Source: Dehalococcoidia bacterium (GTDB lineage: Bacteria > Chloroflexota > Dehalococcoidia > UBA2979). Taken from it: a stretch of 64,000 bases of DNA. The notes beneath the pieces were generated by a model, which was given only the letters and a program-made list of their open reading frames with translations, searched no databases and was not told the origin of the DNA. Positions 46,981 to 58,217 of this stretch are shown here, piece by piece. Location: the NCBI GenBank assembly GCA_023228825.1, contig JALOAL010000001.1, forward strand, positions 43,381 to 107,380, read 5' to 3'. Every line of letters starts with the position of its first letter. Positions within the stretch are counted from its first letter, which is position 1. Position numbers and translations under genes: made by a program.

Positions 46981-48119
46981 CCCCACCCTTGGAACCCGTA
47001 CTGGAGGCCGCTGACGGTGGCACCTCGCCGCGTTCGCGTCGCCTCGGCTCCATGATCGCCGGACGCCGCAAGGCGGACGAGGCCCCCGCCGAGGACCGCG
47101 AGGGGCGCGAGGGGCGCGAGGGCAAGGCGGAGAAGGCGGAGAAAGCCGACAAGGCCGACACGCCTGCCGAGAAGCCTCGCGCCGCCAGCCGCCGTACCAA
47201 GGCGGACGACGACGAACGGCCCGCCCGCAGCACCTCGCGCGCCGCGGCGGCCGAGGACGACGACGAGGACGCGGACGACGGCAAGCCGCGCGTGCGCCGC
47301 AGCCGCCGAGGCGGCGCCGGACGCACCCGCCGGACGTCCGAGGCCTCCGAGCCGGCTGACGACGCGACGGAAGACCAGGCGGAGGCCAGGGATGCGGCCC
47401 CCGCTGCGGCCGCCCCCGCCGAGACGGTGGAGACCGAGGACGAGCCCGCCGAGGTGCGTCCGCGTCGCGCCGCCACGCGTCGAACCGCCTCGGCAGCGGC
47501 GCCCGCAGAAGCACCGACCGCGCTACTGGACGAGATCCAGTCGCTCCGCGCGACCATGTCGAAGCAGGAGCGCATGCTGGAGGTGCTGGCGAGCGGCATC
47601 GACAACCTGGGCGAGCGCATCACGTTCAGCGGCTACCGCCCACGCATCGCGATCTTCGTGGACGTGCCGAACCTGATCTACGGCTACGAGGGCGACGGCA
47701 CCCTGAACATGGGCAAGATCCTGGACATGCTGACGGAGGGCCGCGACCTGGTGCGCGCCACCGCCTATTCGCCAGTCTCGGACGACCCGCGCGAGCCCAT
47801 GGAGCAGCAGCGCTTCGTGGCCCCCTTCGTCCCCTACGAGTACCGGATTGTCACCAAGCCGCTGAAGCGCTTTGCGGACGGCTCCATCAAGGGCAACTTC
47901 GACGTGGAGATGGCCATCGACATGGTGTTGATGGCAGACCGCGTGGACGTGATGGCCTGTGTCTCCGGGGACGCGGACTTCGCCCGCGCGGTGGAGGCAG
48001 TCCAGCAGAAGGGTGTGCGCGTGGAGGTCATCGCCTTCGCGGGGAGCACCTCGCTGGAGATGCGCGCCCTGGCGGACCACTACCTGGAGTTGGGCCGGGT
48101 CGTCGACAAGATCCTCTAG
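46977..48119 (+). CDS. NYN-domain (LabA/PIN-like) protein with a roughly 170-aa disordered Lys/Glu/Asp/Arg/Ala-rich N-terminus; TTG start overlaps the apbC stop (alternative ATG at 47052)
   Basis: NYN motifs: IAIFVDVPNL, DVEMAIDMV, CVSGDADFARAV. Confidence 0.6.
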   Translation: MTPPLEPVLEAADGGTSPRSRRLGSMIAGRRKADEAPAEDREGREGREGKAEKAEKADKADTPAEKPRAASRRTKADDDERPARSTSRAAAAEDDDEDADDGKPRVRRSRRGGAGRTRRTSEASEPADDATEDQAEARDAAPAAAAPAETVETEDEPAEVRPRRAATRRTASAAAPAEAPTALLDEIQSLRATMSKQERMLEVLASGIDNLGERITFSGYRPRIAIFVDVPNLIYGYEGDGTLNMGKILDMLTEGRDLVRATAYSPVSDDPREPMEQQRFVAPFVPYEYRIVTKPLKRFADGSIKGNFDVEMAIDMVLMADRVDVMACVSGDADFARAVEAVQQKGVRVEVIAFAGSTSLEMRALADHYLELGRVVDKIL

Positions 48120-48200
48120 GCACGAGCCAAGACCGATGTGAGAGGGTGTCCAACAACACCCTCCCTCCAGGCTTCCTCGGAGCGTGGCGCCCCGTCTCCG

Positions 48201-48464
48201 TCAGGCCTCGTCGTCCCCGTCGAGCCAGGGCGCGGCGCTCTTCCCGCGGCCGCCTGGACGCGAGCGTCCGGCGGAGGGGCCGCTGACCAGCGAGTCGCCG
48301 CTGGCGATGGCCGCGAGGAACGAGCCCCCCATCAGCCCGATACCGATGCCAAAAAGCCAGCCCAGGTAGGCCGGCTGGGTGTCGATGATGGTCGCCGCGG
48401 CGAGGATGCCGAGGAGGAGGCCGGCCAGGATGGGCAGGAAGGCTGGCTGCAGGTAGCGGCTCAT
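48201..48464 (-). CDS. Small membrane protein (two TM helices), hypothetical
   Basis: LQPAFLPILAGLLLGILAAATII and WLFGIGIGLMGGSFLAAIA. Its start overlaps the pyrK stop. Confidence 0.35.
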   Translation of the reverse strand: MSRYLQPAFLPILAGLLLGILAAATIIDTQPAYLGWLFGIGIGLMGGSFLAAIASGDSLVSGPSAGRSRPGGRGKSAAPWLDGDDEA

Positions 48465-49237
48465 GCGTAGAGGTCTCTCAGGTCAAACATGGGGCCGTCA
48501 GTGCATACGAGTCTAACCCCACCCTTTCGGGGGAAGACGGCGCACGAGTAACAAATGCCCAGACCGCATGCCATCCGTGCTTCCAGCAGGCCCTGGATGG
48601 GCTTGTTGCTGCCGGCGTCCCGGGCCACGCGATAGAGCGCCTCGAACATCGGGTCCGGGCCGCAGGCGAAGGCCTGGTCACACCAGGGGAGGAGCCGCTC
48701 GAAGGGCGCGGTCACGCGCCCGGTCTCGCCCAGCGAGCCGTCCTCCGTGGTCACCACCAGTTCCACCTCTGACGGCAGAAGGGCGGCCGGAAAGATCTGC
48801 GCCTCCGTACGCCCGCCCAGGACCATGGTGACCTCGCGACCTTCCGCGACCAGGGAGTCCGCAAGCCAGATCAGCGGCGCCACGCCGATGCCGCCGCCCA
48901 CCAGCAGCATCTTTTGGACGCGCTCGCGCGGCTCGAAGCCGCGGCCCAGCGGGCCCACCAGGCGCACCTGGTCGCCCTCGCGGCGGCGGGACAGCCAGTC
49001 CGTGCCGCGCCCCACCACGTCGAAGAGCACGCCGAACTCCGGGCCCCCGGGCCCCCGCCGCACCCGGAAGATCGAGAACGCGCGGCCCAGCAGCGGGTCG
49101 TACGACTCCCCCGCATAGGCCATGAGGAACTGCCCGGGGACCGCGGACGCGAGGTGATCCGGGCTCCGCAGCCACAGCGCGTGCGTATCGCCGTACAGCC
49201 GCACGCTCTCCGTGACCTCCGCGAGGAACGACTTCAT
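48461..49237 (-). CDS. pyrK: Dihydroorotate dehydrogenase electron-transfer subunit
   Basis: FNR-like FAD/NAD fold with a C-terminal 2Fe-2S cysteine cluster (CGLGICYSCAV...C). Confidence 0.8.
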   Translation of the reverse strand: MKSFLAEVTESVRLYGDTHALWLRSPDHLASAVPGQFLMAYAGESYDPLLGRAFSIFRVRRGPGGPEFGVLFDVVGRGTDWLSRRREGDQVRLVGPLGRGFEPRERVQKMLLVGGGIGVAPLIWLADSLVAEGREVTMVLGGRTEAQIFPAALLPSEVELVVTTEDGSLGETGRVTAPFERLLPWCDQAFACGPDPMFEALYRVARDAGSNKPIQGLLEARMACGLGICYSCAVFPRKGGVRLVCTDGPMFDLRDLYA

Positions 49238-49247
49238 CGACTCGTCC

Positions 49248-49934
49248 TCACAAGGCCGTCTCGGTCGGCCGGCGGCTGCCCACCAGGATCGGCGCGACCT
49301 GGTTCAGGTGGTCCACCACGTGCGTCGCCCCCTCGGTGATCAGCCGCTCGCGCGACCGCGATCCCAGCAGGGCTACCACCACCGGGATGCCCGCGTCCCG
49401 GGCGCAGTTCATGTCGAACTCCGTGTCGCCCACGAACGCCGCGTCCTCCGGCGGGACGTCCAGGCGCCGCAGCGCAGACAGCGCCGCCTCCGGATCCGGC
49501 TTGGGCGCGCCAGACTCGCGGCCGTGCACCACGGCGAAGAGGTCATCCCAGCCCTGCGCCTCTACCATCAGGCGCGCCCCTCGGTCGCGCTTGTTGGTCA
49601 CCACCCCCATCAGCACGCCGGCGTCGTGCACCTGGCGGAGGAGCGCCGCGGCGCCCTCGTGCGGCGGGGTGCGCTGGATGAAGCCGTGTTCGTAGACGCG
49701 CAGGTAGTCGGCGTTGACCGCGCGGGCCACTTCCGAGGAGACCCCGAAGAGTTCTTGCACCAGCACGTCCATGGGCGCGCCGATGTGAGGGACGATCGCG
49801 TCCGGCTCCGCGTGCAGGCCGTGCATCCGTGCGGCCTCCGCCATTGCCTGCGCGATCGTGGGTAGCGAGTCCACGAGCGTGCCGTCCAGGTCGAAGAGCG
49901 CCGCGCGCACGGGCCGGCCGTCCGTCGCGGTCAC
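49248..49934 (-). CDS. HAD-superfamily hydrolase (phosphoglycolate phosphatase/PpaX-like)
   Basis: [12 protein letters not shown] motif I, VVTNK motif II, and a K...GDTEFD motif III/IV. Confidence 0.7.
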   Translation of the reverse strand: MTATDGRPVRAALFDLDGTLVDSLPTIAQAMAEAARMHGLHAEPDAIVPHIGAPMDVLVQELFGVSSEVARAVNADYLRVYEHGFIQRTPPHEGAAALLRQVHDAGVLMGVVTNKRDRGARLMVEAQGWDDLFAVVHGRESGAPKPDPEAALSALRRLDVPPEDAAFVGDTEFDMNCARDAGIPVVVALLGSRSRERLITEGATHVVDHLNQVAPILVGSRRPTETAL

Positions 49935-52900
49935 TGCCCGTCGCCGTCGCGATACTCAAGCAGCGGGCGCACGTCGTAGTCGCCGCCGGCCCGCAGCGCG
50001 CCGATCGCCGCCGCCGCCGTCTCCAGCGAGGTGAAGCAGGGGATGCGTACCTCCGTGGCCGCTCGGCGGATGTGGAAGCCGTCGCGCCGCGCGTCTGCCC
50101 GCCCACCCTCGATGGTGTTGATGACGGCGCCGACCGTGCCCTCGCGGATCACGTCCACCACGTTCGGGTGGCCCTCGTTCAGGCGCTTGGTCACCATCTC
50201 CACAGGGATGCCGAGTTCCTGGATGAGCGTGGCCGTGCCCTCCGTGGCATAGAGGCGGCACCCGGCCTCGTGCAGGTCGCGGATCAGCGCCGTGGCGCGC
50301 GCCTTGGTCTGGTTCGAGACCGAGATCAGGAACGGCGTGCCCGGCGCCACCTCCAGCCCCGAGGCGATCATCGCCTTCCGGACGGCAGGGGCGAAGGAAC
50401 GGTCCACGCCCATGACCTCGCCCGTGGACTTCATCTCCGGGCCCAGGAACGTGTCCACGTCCACCAGTTTCTGCATGGAGAAGACGGGCGCCTTCACCGC
50501 GACCAGGTCGCCCTCCGGCCACAGGCCAGGCTCGTAGCCCTGCTCGCGCAGGGACTGGCCCAGCATGATGTTGACGGCCAGTTGCACCATGGGCACGCCC
50601 GTCACCTTGGAGAGGAAGGGCACCGTGCGCGAGGAGCGCGGGTTCACCTCGATCACGAAGACGCCGGGGCCCGTGGGGTCGCTCTCCGGCGCGATCACGA
50701 ACTGCACGTTCATCAGCCCCCGCACTCCAAGGCCCAGCGCCATGCGCGTGGAGTAGTCCACGATCGCCTCGCGCTGCTCCGCCGTCAGGCGCTGCGGCGG
50801 GTAGACGGCCATGGAGTCGCCGGAGTGCACCCCTGCGCGTTCGATGTGCTCCATGATGCCCGGGATGAGCACGGTCTCGCCGTCGCAGATCGCGTCCACC
50901 TCGACTTCGGGTCCCACCAGGAACTTGTCGATGAGGACGGCGCCGGTGTTCTCCGCCAGCGCGGCGGCGAAGAAGCGCACGAGTTCGTTCGCGTCCTGCA
51001 CCACCTCCATCGCGCGCCCGCCCAGGACGTAGGACGGCCGCACCAGCACCGGATAGCCAATGGCCTCCGCCGTGCTCAGCGCGTCCTCCAGCGTGGTGAC
51101 GGCGGTGCCCGGCGGCTGGGGGATGTCCAGTTCCGCGAGCAGCGTGCCGAAGCGGCCCCGGTCCTCCGCCAGGTCGATCGCGTCCGCAGACGAGCCGGCG
51201 ATGGGGAGCGCGGAGGCATGCAGCGCCCGCGCCATGTTCACCGCCGTCTGGCCGCCGAACTGCACGATCGAGGGCGGCGCCTCGCCGTCTTCGCCCGCCT
51301 CGTTCTCCAGCAGGTCGCGGATGGACTCCTCGTCCAGCGGCTCGAAGTAGAGGCGGTCCGAGGTGTCGAAGTCGGTGGAGACGGTCTCCGGGTTGGAGTT
51401 CGCCATGATCGACTCGATGCCCGCCTCCTGCAGCGCGCGGGCGGCGCGCACCGAGCAATAGTCGAACTCGATGCCCTGGCCGATGCGGATGGGCCCGGAG
51501 CCGATGACGAGCATGGACTGCCGGCCGGTGGGGGGCGCCTCGTTCTCCTCCTCGTAGGTGGAGTAGAAGTAGGGCGTGACGGCGTCGAACTCCGCGGCGC
51601 AGGTGTCCACCATCTTGTAGACGGGGCGCACGTCCCACTCGTCGCGCAGGGCGCGCACCTGCTGCGGCAGGCGGTCCGCCAGCGTGGCGATGTCCCGGTC
51701 CGCGAACCCCAGGCGCTTGGCCTGGCGCAGCAGCGCCGGCGTCAGGTCTTCGGAGAGCAGGCGCTTCTCCATCTCCACGATGCGCGCCAGGCGCTCCACA
51801 AACCACGGGTCCACGCCGCAGTCGCCGGAGATCTCCGCCAGCGGCACGCCACGACGGATCGAGGCGAGCAGCGCCCAGATGCGTTCGTCCGTGGCGGTCA
51901 GTGGCGGGTGGTCGCCCCACTCCGGGTGCTGCCACAGGATCGACCGGCTGCCGAACTCCAGCGAGCGGATCGCCTTCTGGAGGGCGCCCTCGAACGTGCG
52001 GTCAATGGCCATGACCTCGCCCGTGGCCTTCATCTGCGTGCCCAGGCGGCGGTCACCGCTGATGAACTTGTCGAAGGGCCAGCGGGGGATCTTCACCACC
52101 ACGTAGTCCAGCGCCGGCTCGAAGGCCGCCGTGGTGCGCTTCGTGACCGCGTTCTCCACCTCGTGCAGGCGCTTGCCCACGGCGATCTTGGCGGCCACAC
52201 GCGCGATCGGGTAGCCCGTGGCCTTGGAGGCCAGGGCGGAAGACCGCGACACGCGCGGGTTCACCTCGATGACGTGGTACGGGAGGCAGTCCGTCTCGCC
52301 CGCGCCCTCCCAGCCGACCACGTCCGGCCGAGGCGCCAGCGCGAACTGGACGTTGCAGCCGCCCTCGATGCCCAGGGCGCGGATGATCTTCAGGGCGCTG
52401 TTCCGCAGCATGTGGTATTCGCGGTCAGACAGGGTCTGCGAGGGGGCGACGACGATGGAGTCGCCGGTGTGGACCCCCATGGGGTCCAGGTTCTCCATGT
52501 TGCAGATGGTGATACAGGTGTCGTTGCCGTCCCGCATCACCTCGTACTCGAGTTCCTTCCAGCCCAGGAGGGACTGTTCCACGAGCACCTGGCTGATGGG
52601 GGAGGCCGCGATGCCGCTCTTGCAGATGCGCTCGTAGTCCTCCTCCGTGTAGGCCACGCCGCCGCCGGTGCCGCCCAGCGTGTAGGCCGGGCGGATGACC
52701 GCCGGCAGCCCGATCTCCGTGAGGGCGGCCCGCGCCTCCTCCCACGACTCCACGATGGCGCTCCGCGGGGTGGGTTCGCCGATCTCGTGCAGGAGGTTGC
52801 GGAACAGTTCGCGGTCTTCCGCGAGTTTGATCGTGCGCACGCTGGAGCCCAGCAGGCGCACGCCGTACTTGTCCAGCACGCCCGCCTCAGCGAGGTCCAC

Positions 52901-53143
52901 CGCCAGGTTCAGACCAGTCTGCCCGCCCAGCGTGGGGAGCAGCGCGTCCGGCCGTTCCCGCGCGATGATCCGCTCCAGCACCTCCACCGTCAGGGGCTCG
53001 ATGTAGACCACGTCCGCGACGCCTTCGTCGGTCATGATCGTGGCCGGGTTGGAGTTGACCAGGATGGAGCGGATGCCCTCCTCGCGCATGGCCTTGCAGG
53101 CCTGCGTGCCGGCGTAGTCAAACTCCGCCGCCTGCCCGATCAC
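49931..53143 (-). CDS. carB: Carbamoyl-phosphate synthase large subunit (minimal extent from an in-frame GTG; conserved coding continues to about 53203 with no canonical in-frame start)
   Basis: Full CarB architecture (two ATP-grasp halves and an MGS-like domain). The conserved N-terminal [23 protein letters not shown] lies upstream of the first in-frame start codon (see finding). Confidence 0.85.
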   Translation of the reverse strand: MIGQAAEFDYAGTQACKAMREEGIRSILVNSNPATIMTDEGVADVVYIEPLTVEVLERIIARERPDALLPTLGGQTGLNLAVDLAEAGVLDKYGVRLLGSSVRTIKLAEDRELFRNLLHEIGEPTPRSAIVESWEEARAALTEIGLPAVIRPAYTLGGTGGGVAYTEEDYERICKSGIAASPISQVLVEQSLLGWKELEYEVMRDGNDTCITICNMENLDPMGVHTGDSIVVAPSQTLSDREYHMLRNSALKIIRALGIEGGCNVQFALAPRPDVVGWEGAGETDCLPYHVIEVNPRVSRSSALASKATGYPIARVAAKIAVGKRLHEVENAVTKRTTAAFEPALDYVVVKIPRWPFDKFISGDRRLGTQMKATGEVMAIDRTFEGALQKAIRSLEFGSRSILWQHPEWGDHPPLTATDERIWALLASIRRGVPLAEISGDCGVDPWFVERLARIVEMEKRLLSEDLTPALLRQAKRLGFADRDIATLADRLPQQVRALRDEWDVRPVYKMVDTCAAEFDAVTPYFYSTYEEENEAPPTGRQSMLVIGSGPIRIGQGIEFDYCSVRAARALQEAGIESIMANSNPETVSTDFDTSDRLYFEPLDEESIRDLLENEAGEDGEAPPSIVQFGGQTAVNMARALHASALPIAGSSADAIDLAEDRGRFGTLLAELDIPQPPGTAVTTLEDALSTAEAIGYPVLVRPSYVLGGRAMEVVQDANELVRFFAAALAENTGAVLIDKFLVGPEVEVDAICDGETVLIPGIMEHIERAGVHSGDSMAVYPPQRLTAEQREAIVDYSTRMALGLGVRGLMNVQFVIAPESDPTGPGVFVIEVNPRSSRTVPFLSKVTGVPMVQLAVNIMLGQSLREQGYEPGLWPEGDLVAVKAPVFSMQKLVDVDTFLGPEMKSTGEVMGVDRSFAPAVRKAMIASGLEVAPGTPFLISVSNQTKARATALIRDLHEAGCRLYATEGTATLIQELGIPVEMVTKRLNEGHPNVVDVIREGTVGAVINTIEGGRADARRDGFHIRRAATEVRIPCFTSLETAAAAIGALRAGGDYDVRPLLEYRDGDGQ

Positions 53144-53244
53144 TATCGGCCCGCTCCCGATGATCAGGACGGAGCGAGGCTTCTCGAACGGGCGCGTATC
53201 GGCATCCGCCGCCGGGGCGGGGGTGGGTGTGGAAGCGGTAGTCG

Positions 53245-54012
53245 TCAGTTGTGGTACCCCCCACGGTGGGCAGCGCCGAGCATCGGGATCTCCGCCACGA
53301 CGTCAATGGTCTCGTAGTGGTTGTAGGGGAGGATGGGGACTCGGGCGAGTTTGGCGTGCGTCAGCGGCGCCGTCCCCACCTCCAGGTCACGGAAGGGCTC
53401 CAGCGCCTCGATCACGCGCTGGCGTTCGCCCTTGCCGGTGAAGTAGGCGATGTCCATGGTGGGGACGAACTGGTCGCCGTCCTCCGTGATCAGCGGGTCG
53501 TCCTTCAGCACCTGGCCCACCAGCGGCACGCCCAACTTCGCAAGTCGGCGCGCCTCCCGGAAGGCGCCGCCATCCTCCACGCCCATGTAGATGCGCTCGC
53601 CGTCCCCCACGGAGACGCCTCGGAGCGTCACGCTCAACGGTTCAAGGCGTCGCAGACGCGGCGCGGCGTTCACGTAGAAGGACTCCACCTGCGACCACAT
53701 GATGTCCGTGGACATGAGAAAGCCCACGCGCACCCACGTGGTGTGCAGCCACTCCGTGGGGACCACATCCACCTCGGGCATCTCGCGCAGGCGCTCCAGC
53801 ACCGGCTCAAGCCCCTCGAAGGCCGAGGGCGTCTCCAGGCCGATCGGCTGCAGGAACTCGATGGGCACGCGCCAGCCGTGCGAGCGCTCCTCCCAGAGCG
53901 CCCAGTAGTCCGGCAGCGGTCCGGTGGCGTTGACGAACGCGTTCCAGTCGCGCTCGCGCTGCTCCGCGTAGGCCTGCGCCAGCGCCTGGGTGTCGTTGGT
54001 GTCCGCCGTCAT
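53245..54012 (-). CDS. Hypothetical protein, possibly a 2H-phosphoesterase (LigT-like) fold
   Basis: Contains an H-x-T-x motif ([10 protein letters not shown]) and a second, degenerate H-x-x-x segment (LTHAKL). Inserted between carA and carB. Confidence 0.3.
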   Translation of the reverse strand: MTADTNDTQALAQAYAEQRERDWNAFVNATGPLPDYWALWEERSHGWRVPIEFLQPIGLETPSAFEGLEPVLERLREMPEVDVVPTEWLHTTWVRVGFLMSTDIMWSQVESFYVNAAPRLRRLEPLSVTLRGVSVGDGERIYMGVEDGGAFREARRLAKLGVPLVGQVLKDDPLITEDGDQFVPTMDIAYFTGKGERQRVIEALEPFRDLEVGTAPLTHAKLARVPILPYNHYETIDVVAEIPMLGAAHRGGYHN

Positions 54013-54494
54013 TCGTCGCCCCCGTTGCGCTCGCCCTCCTGGTAGATCGGCAGTTCGAACGTGGTGCCCGGGTTGAACAGCGGCACGAGTGCGCCGATGG
54101 AGGAGAGGTAGGAGAGCGCCGGCTGGTTGTCCCGAGGCAGCCGCGCCTTGATGCGGCCGTACCCCTGCTGCCGGGCGAAGGCCAGGCTGTACTCCGCCAG
54201 CGCGGTGCCGTGCCCCTGCCGCCGGTTCTGCTGCCGAATCCACGCGCCGAAGGTAGCGGCGTCCGGCTCCGCGGAGTTGAAGTCCACCGTGGCGAAGCCC
54301 AGCAGGCGCCCGCGGTCGTCTTCCACCACGAAGAACGCGCCGTGGTCGCCCTGGCGGTCCATCCACTCCTCGATCTCCTGGGGCGTGCGGGTGCCGGCGA
54401 GGGCCACGGGGTCCGGCTCGCGTATCAGTTCCGCGATGATCTCAGAGATCTGGCCTGCGTCTGCCTTCGTGGCGCGCCTGATCGTCGAGGGCAT
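54009..54494 (-). CDS. GNAT-family N-acetyltransferase
   Basis: Acetyl-CoA-binding motif RQQNRRQGHGTALAEYSLAFARQQGY. Its start overlaps the downstream gene (ATGA). Confidence 0.7.
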   Translation of the reverse strand: MPSTIRRATKADAGQISEIIAELIREPDPVALAGTRTPQEIEEWMDRQGDHGAFFVVEDDRGRLLGFATVDFNSAEPDAATFGAWIRQQNRRQGHGTALAEYSLAFARQQGYGRIKARLPRDNQPALSYLSSIGALVPLFNPGTTFELPIYQEGERNGGDE

Positions 54495-54565
54495 GGTGGG
54501 TCTCCTCTGTGTCGCTTGCAGGCGCGGCCGGCCGGTGTCCGGACGGGCGCCCCCTCGCCGCGTCC

Positions 54566-55711
54566 TTAGCGGACGCCGGGGCGCAAGGATCGCACGCTGT
54601 CTAGGAATCGGTCGAACAGGAACTCCGTGTCGTTCGGCCCCGGCGACGCTTCCGAGTGGTACTGGATGGTGAACACCGGTTCCTCGCGGTGCAGCAGGCC
54701 CTCCACCGTGCCGTCGTTCAGGTGGACCTGCGCCACCTGGACCGGGGACACAAGGTGGTCGCCGTCAATCGCGAAGCCGTGGTTCTGGGAGGTGATGTGC
54801 ACCTTCCCGGTGATCTCGTCCCGCACGGGGTGGTTCGCGCCACGGTGGCCGAACTTCAACTTGTAACAGGAGGCGCCGAAGAGCCGGCCGATCACCTGGT
54901 GCCCCAGGCAGATGCCCATGATGGGCGTCTTGCCCACCAGCGCGCGCGAGGTGGCCACCACGTGATCCAGCAACATGGGGTCGCCGGGGCCCGGCGACAG
55001 CAGGACGCCGTCCGGCCGGAGCGACAGGATCGCCTCCGCGTCCGTGTCGTGTGGCACGGTGGTGACCGTGCAGCCGCGCGCGCGCAGGATGCGCATGATG
55101 TTGCGCTTCACGCCCAGGTCCACCACCACCACGTGCGGCGCAGGCCCGCCGTCCGGCGCCACGCCGAGGGGTACCCGAGGGTCCTCGAAGTCGTACGCCT
55201 CCGCCGTGGAGACACCGGAGACGTAGTCAATGCTGGCGTAGTCCGGCGCTGCACGCAGCCGCGCCAGCGCCTGCTCCGGCGTCTCGTCCCGCGTGATGGT
55301 GCCCATGACCACGCCGCGCGAGCGCAGGTGCCGCGTCAGGGCGCGCGTGTCCACCTCCGCGATGCCAGGGATGCCGCGCGCCTCCAGGTATTCGTGCAGG
55401 GTGTGGACGGAGAGCCAGTGCGAGGGCAGGTCCGTCATCTCCCGCACCACGAAGCCGCGCACCTGCACCTGCCTGCTCTCGTCCGAGAACAGGCTGGTGC
55501 CGTAGTTGCCCTGGAGCGGGAAGGTCATGCTCAGGATCTGTCCACTGAAGGACGGATCGGTCAGGGCCTCCTGGTAACCGGTCATGGCCGTGGTGAAGAC
55601 CACCTCGCCGGTCGTGTGTCCGGCGGCGCCCACGCCCACGCCCTCGAATACCCGGCCATCGGCCAGGACGAGGCGGGCGGGCGGTCGCACTCCGGTGTTC
55701 AGCAGGCTCAC
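54566..55711 (-). CDS. carA: Carbamoyl-phosphate synthase small (glutamine amidotransferase) subunit
   Basis: CarA N-domain plus a class-I GATase catalytic triad (GICLGHQ, H..E). Confidence 0.9.
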   Translation of the reverse strand: MSLLNTGVRPPARLVLADGRVFEGVGVGAAGHTTGEVVFTTAMTGYQEALTDPSFSGQILSMTFPLQGNYGTSLFSDESRQVQVRGFVVREMTDLPSHWLSVHTLHEYLEARGIPGIAEVDTRALTRHLRSRGVVMGTITRDETPEQALARLRAAPDYASIDYVSGVSTAEAYDFEDPRVPLGVAPDGGPAPHVVVVDLGVKRNIMRILRARGCTVTTVPHDTDAEAILSLRPDGVLLSPGPGDPMLLDHVVATSRALVGKTPIMGICLGHQVIGRLFGASCYKLKFGHRGANHPVRDEITGKVHITSQNHGFAIDGDHLVSPVQVAQVHLNDGTVEGLLHREEPVFTIQYHSEASPGPNDTEFLFDRFLDSVRSLRPGVR

Positions 55712-55755
55712 AGGGTCCCTTTCGATGCGGTCAGTCCCAGTCTGTGACCGCCGCG

Positions 55756-57099
55756 CTACAGCGCGACGATGCGTTCCGTCTCATGCACCAGCGCGCCGCC
55801 GTAGATGGTGGCCACCACCATCCCCTTCAGCGTGCGGCCGCCCAGCGGCGTGTTCTTCCCCTTCGACGCGAACGCGGCGGGGTCCACCGTCCATTCCGCG
55901 TCCGGGTCCAGCAGTGTCACGTCTCCCAGCGCGCCCGGCGCCAGCGTGCCCAGGCCCTGCAGGCCCTCCAGCGCGTCCAGCCCCCACGCCCGCACCGGCC
56001 CGATGCTCATGCGTTCGATGAGCGTGGGCAGCGTGAGCCGTCCCTGATGCACCAGCCGCATGCTGAGGCCGAACGCAGTCTCCAGCATGGTCAGGCCCGG
56101 CGATGCGAGGTCGAATTCGATGTCCTTGTCCGTGGAGGCGTGAGGCGCGTGGTCCGTGGCAATGGCGTCGATCACGCCGTCGCGCAGGGCCGCTGTCAGC
56201 GCCTCCAGGTCCGCCTCCTCCCGCAGGGGCGGGTTCACCTTGGCGTTGGTGTCGTAGCGCAGGTGGACGTAGTCGCCGTCGAAGGCGACCTCCTCGTGCG
56301 TCAGGGTGAGGTGGTGCGGGGTCACCTCCGCCGTGATGTGCGCGCCGCGTTCCCGGGCGGCGGCGATCAGGGCCACCGAGCCCGCGGTGGAGACGTGGCA
56401 GATGTGCAGGTGCGCGCCCACCAGTTCGGCCAGCGCGATGTCCCGCGCCACCATCGTCTCCTCCGCGCTGGCGGGGCGCCCGCGCAGGCCGAGGCGGGTG
56501 GCCACCCAGCCCTCGTGCATCTGGCCGTCACGCACCAGGCTGGGGTCCTCGCAGTGCTGCGCCACCGGCATGGCGAACTGCGTGGAGTACTCCAGCGCAT
56601 GCCGCATCAGGCTGGCGTCCGCCACCGCGTCGCCGTCGTCCGAGAGCGCCACCACGCCCGCGTTGCGCAACTCGCCCTGCGGGGTCAATTCTTTGCCTTG
56701 GCGGCCCATGGTGATGGCGCCGATGGGCAGTACGCGCACGCGGCCCGTCGCGTCCGCCTCGCGCAGGACGGACTCCACTGCGGGGCGGCTGTCCAGCGCG
56801 GGCGTGGTGTTGGGCATGGCGCAGACCGTGGTGTAGCCCCCGCGCGCCGCCGCCGCCGTGCCAGTGGCGATCGTCTCCTTGTGCTCCTGCCCGGGCTCCC
56901 GCAGGTGCGTGTGCAGGTCCACGAAGCCGGGCGCCACCACCAGCCCCGTGGCGTCGATGCGCTCGGCGTCGATCACTGCGTCGCCCTCTCCGGGGCCCAC
57001 GCGGGCGATGCGCCCGCCCACGATGACGACGTCCGCGATGCCGTCCTGGCCCAGCGCCGGGTCGATCACGCGGCCGTTGTGGATGGCAATGGTCGTCAC
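55756..57099 (-). CDS. pyrC: Dihydroorotase
   Basis: Amidohydrolase metal ligands (DLHTHLREPG, a carbamylated-Lys region, D at TDHAPH). Confidence 0.9.
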   Translation of the reverse strand: MTTIAIHNGRVIDPALGQDGIADVVIVGGRIARVGPGEGDAVIDAERIDATGLVVAPGFVDLHTHLREPGQEHKETIATGTAAAARGGYTTVCAMPNTTPALDSRPAVESVLREADATGRVRVLPIGAITMGRQGKELTPQGELRNAGVVALSDDGDAVADASLMRHALEYSTQFAMPVAQHCEDPSLVRDGQMHEGWVATRLGLRGRPASAEETMVARDIALAELVGAHLHICHVSTAGSVALIAAARERGAHITAEVTPHHLTLTHEEVAFDGDYVHLRYDTNAKVNPPLREEADLEALTAALRDGVIDAIATDHAPHASTDKDIEFDLASPGLTMLETAFGLSMRLVHQGRLTLPTLIERMSIGPVRAWGLDALEGLQGLGTLAPGALGDVTLLDPDAEWTVDPAAFASKGKNTPLGGRTLKGMVVATIYGGALVHETERIVAL

Positions 57100-58217
57100 G
57101 AGCGCGCCTCGCTACCCGCACCGGGAACGCTGCCAGTACTCGAGCCAGTACTCGAGCCAGCACTCGATGCAGGACTCGAGTCCTGGCCGGGCAGTTCAGT
57201 GCGGCCGGACAGCAGGTAGAGCAGCGCCATGCGGATGGCCACGCCGTTCGTGACCTGCTCCTCGATGATGGAACTCTGTCCAACGGCGACCGAGCCCGCG
57301 ATCTCGATCCCCTCGTTCTTGGGGCCGGGGTGCATCAGCACGTGGCCCGGCTTGGCGCGGGCCAGACGCGCGGCCGTCACCTGGTACATCTGCGCGTACT
57401 CGTGTAGCGAGGGCAGCAGGCCGCCCTCCTGGCGCTCGCTCTGCAGGCGCAGGGCCATGACCACGTCCGCGCCCTCGATCGCGCGGTCAATGTCCGTCTC
57501 CACCGTGACGCGGGGCAGGGCGGCCTCCGCGTGGGCGGGGCGGTCAGAGGTCTTCAGGCCGCGCGGCATCAGCGTGGGCGGCCCGCAGAGGACCACCTCC
57601 GCCCCCATCGCCGTGAGCCCCCACATGTCAGACCGCGCCACGCGGGAGTGGGCGATGTCGCCGATCATCACCACGCGCTTGCCCTCGATACTGCCGAGGC
57701 GGCTCTGAATGGTGTACAGGTCCAGCAGCGCCTGTGTGGGGTGCGCGTGCGCCCCGTCGCCGGCGTTGATGATCGAGGCGTCCGTGTGCGCGGCCGCCAG
57801 GTACGGCGACCCGGCGATGCTGTGGCGCATCACGATCGCGTCCGCGCGCATCGCGCGCAGCGTCCGCACCGTGTCGATGAGCGACTCGCCCTTCACCACG
57901 GAAGAGGTGGAGGAGGCAACGCTGATCACGTCCGCGCCCAGCACCTTGCCCGCCAGTTCAAAGGAGACGCGCGTGCGCGTGGAGGGCTCGTAGAACAGGT
58001 TCACCACCGTGTAGCCGCGTAGCGCCGGCACCCGGGCGATGCGGCGGTCCAACGCCTCCCGCATGCGCTCCGCGGTGGTGAGCACCGTCTGGATCTCGTC
58101 CACCGTGAAGTCGTCCAGGTCCAGGACGTGCTGGTGGTCCCAGGCCGGCTGCCGGGTGGCCTCGCCGTGCTGTCCGTCCTGGGTGTTGTGGGGGGAGATG
58201 GATGCGGCGGCTGTCAT
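57096..58217 (-). CDS. pyrB: Aspartate carbamoyltransferase catalytic subunit, with an N-terminal extension of about 25 aa and a Ser/Gly-rich C-terminal tail
   Basis: STRTR, HPTQ and HPGP motifs. Confidence 0.9.
   Translation of the reverse strand: MTAAASISPHNTQDGQHGEATRQPAWDHQHVLDLDDFTVDEIQTVLTTAERMREALDRRIARVPALRGYTVVNLFYEPSTRTRVSFELAGKVLGADVISVASSTSSVVKGESLIDTVRTLRAMRADAIVMRHSIAGSPYLAAAHTDASIINAGDGAHAHPTQALLDLYTIQSRLGSIEGKRVVMIGDIAHSRVARSDMWGLTAMGAEVVLCGPPTLMPRGLKTSDRPAHAEAALPRVTVETDIDRAIEGADVVMALRLQSERQEGGLLPSLHEYAQMYQVTAARLARAKPGHVLMHPGPKNEGIEIAGSVAVGQSSIIEEQVTNGVAIRMALLYLLSGRTELPGQDSSPASSAGSSTGSSTGSVPGAGSEARS

Noticed and set aside
49829-53317. 1162-aa plus-strand ORF and a 659-aa minus-strand off-frame ORF overlapping carB
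   Set aside because: carB is unambiguous in its own frame. The others are GC-driven open frames.
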